Below are positions 32,735 to 34,173 of a DNA stretch of 34,173 nt, piece by piece. Under the pieces are notes generated by a model. It was not told the DNA's origin. It did no database searches and was given only the letters and a program-made list of their open reading frames with translations. The stretch covers positions 4,178-38,350 of the forward strand of contig CAZKPI010000001.1 in assembly GCA_964554555.1 (NCBI GenBank), given 5' to 3'. Source of the DNA: an uncultured bacterium. GTDB lineage: Bacteria > Muiribacteriota > Ozemobacteria > Ozemobacterales > Ozemobacteraceae. The position numbers and the translations under genes were made by a program. Numbering within the stretch: the first letter of the stretch is position 1; each line of letters begins with the position of its first letter.

Positions 32735-34173
32735 TCGCCCGCTCCCGACAGCACGAGAGTCCGGTCTTCCGGGCTCACCAGGAAGGCCCGGCTTTCCTCA
32801 TAGGAAGGAGAACCGGGGTTGAACCGCGGATTGTATTCGATCGTTCCGCCTTTGGGAAACTCGGTCTGGGTCGTCGGCAAGGCCTGGCCGGGAAAGACCC
32901 CCAGACTGCGGACGGCCGCCCCTCCCAGAATATGGAAGGATGGACATCCGCCCCCCCCCAACAGCCTGCCGCCGGCTCCATCCACCGACGGGTGGAGGGC
33001 CACCAGATACGCCGCAACCGGCTGGTCCGTGGTCACCCGGACATTCCCCTCCAGGGCCGCGAGGGTCAGCAAATGGTCGGGTTCGGACCCTTCCCCTCCC
33101 CCGGAGATGGCCGCAGGCACGACCAAATCGCCGCGGTCGATCAGCAGGAGGAGATGGCGGTCTAGCTCGAGAGGCTTTGCCGGAAGCGCCAAAGGTTCCC
33201 GCCCCGCCCCCTTCCTCCGGATGAGATAAACCATCCCCCCCAACCGGGGTCGCATCATATCCGGATGATCGGCAAAGACCAGCTCATGGAAGGTTCGGGC
33301 TTCCTCTTCGGGGGTGGAGCAATCGGAAAGATCGACAACCGTTGAAACCCGCAGGGGTATGTTCCCGGGGTGTTGGGCATCAAATGACACCCGGGCCAAG
33401 TCTCCCTTGAAATAGACATCCTCCGGATCGGTCCCACCAGCCTTGAAACGTATCTCCACCCGTTCGTGGGAAACCAGCCCAGGGATGTCCTGATACCGCG
33501 TTTGAGAACCGGAAGGACCGAAATAGGGATCTCCATTCCCGGCAAAAGACGGAACCCCCACACGAGGGAGCGGATACCCCATGCTCTTCGTCCGGGAATA
33601 ATCCATGAACTCAAAGAACAGATTGAAGGCAACACCCTCGGACTTCCCCACCTGCGGTTGGTCCACAGCGTAGTTTCTCGGCAAGACCAGCCGGTGACTC
33701 TCGCTTTTTTTCAGGAAGAAGTCCCCATAGGTGAGCTTGGGTGAAGCAAGGAGGGGAAGATCATCCTGATACGGATCGGGAGGGAAAAGGGTGGCCCAGG
33801 CCTGGGCCGGAAGGGGATCGGACAAGGCATAGGCCTTGAGATAACCCGCCAAAACCGGCCCGAACACGACGGTCCGGCTCGGGTTCCGGTGGTCGCCATA
33901 GGGGAACAACCACGTGGAAGCGCACTTCCAGACGGGATCGGAAGGTTGCAGGCCTGCCCAAAGCTGGTTGGCCCGGGCATCGACAAAAAAACCCACATGT
34001 TGAATCAGGATCTGCAGGTTCAATCCTTTCCACGTCGTCGGAAAATGAGTGGGGTCCGCCAACTCTTCCAAGGGCACGATCGATTTCCCTTCCTTGTTGG
34101 CATCTGGCGGCAACGCAAAATGGAAATTCCCTCCCGTATCAGGGGAAGAGCGTCGTGTAGGGAAAGAGTGTAG
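32731..34173 (-). CDS. Large protein of the 821/846-aa family, cassette 3; 5' end lies beyond the window (C-terminal about 480 aa present)
   Basis: The track ORF begins at a TTG (34113), but I translated the frame upstream to the window edge. It stays open: LHSFPTRRSSPDTGGNFHFALPPDANK. This aligns with TGGNFHYKLPP and TGGQFHFHLPP about 300 aa into the paralogues. Further shared blocks are CASTWLFPYGDHRNPSRTVVFGPVLAGYLK, AFNLFFEFMDY and FPKGGTIEYNPRFNPGSPSY. Confidence 0.85.
   Translation of the reverse strand, partial: LHSFPTRRSSPDTGGNFHFALPPDANKEGKSIVPLEELADPTHFPTTWKGLNLQILIQHVGFFVDARANQLWAGLQPSDPVWKCASTWLFPYGDHRNPSRTVVFGPVLAGYLKAYALSDPLPAQAWATLFPPDPYQDDLPLLASPKLTYGDFFLKKSESHRLVLPRNYAVDQPQVGKSEGVAFNLFFEFMDYSRTKSMGYPLPRVGVPSFAGNGDPYFGPSGSQTRYQDIPGLVSHERVEIRFKAGGTDPEDVYFKGDLARVSFDAQHPGNIPLRVSTVVDLSDCSTPEEEARTFHELVFADHPDMMRPRLGGMVYLIRRKGAGREPLALPAKPLELDRHLLLLIDRGDLVVPAAISGGGEGSEPDHLLTLAALEGNVRVTTDQPVAAYLVALHPSVDGAGGRLLGGGGCPSFHILGGAAVRSLGVFPGQALPTTQTEFPKGGTIEYNPRFNPGSPSYEESRAFLVSPEDRTLVLSGAGE

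Noticed and set aside
1-34173. Interpretation as a complete T2SS or type IV pilus gene cluster, or as a mobile or defence island
   Set aside because: No ATPase, platform, secretin or peptidase is present. No integrase, transposase, tRNA boundary, nuclease, helicase or methylase motif was seen. Only subunit-like, secreted and regulatory genes are present.

Overview
GC-rich, almost fully coding bacterial fragment; the taxon cannot be determined from the sequence alone. I support about 28 protein genes. I recognise no rRNA, tRNA, CRISPR array, transposase or integrase. Genes from 34173 down to 10000 are all on the minus strand. They are packed with ATGA, TGATG or TAATG start/stop overlaps. The dominant theme is a cassette present in three paralogous copies. 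Each copy has a roughly 820-850 aa N-terminally anchored protein of no family I recognise, followed by two pseudopilins with class-III (prepilin) signal peptides. The copies are cassette 1 at 4486-8152 (+), cassette 2 at 13221-17004 (-) and cassette 3 at 30137-34173 (-, 5' end off the window). Nine proteins in total carry a G/A|[FLV]-x-x-x-E prepilin motif. Two of these are unusually large (470 and 482 aa). Cassettes 1 and 2 are each preceded by a secreted K/E-rich coiled-coil protein and a small secreted protein. Cassette 1 is followed by a clostripain-type (C11) cysteine peptidase. Between cassettes 2 and 3 lies a regulatory block. It contains a tandem duplication of [HEAT-like, C-terminally anchored protein + 115-aa STAS protein], a CHASE2-PP2C(SpoIIE) sensor phosphatase and a FecR-domain lipoprotein. 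A zf-HC2/FecR anti-sigma-like gene is inserted inside cassette 3. The window contains no secretion/pilus ATPase, platform protein, secretin, prepilin peptidase, STAS kinase or sigma factor. My working hypothesis is inference only. I read these as three alternative tip or priming complexes of a type IV filament (T2SS/T4P-like) whose motor is encoded elsewhere, wired to an envelope-sensing partner-switching module. Many long ORFs in the track are antisense shadows typical of GC-rich DNA, and I rejected them.
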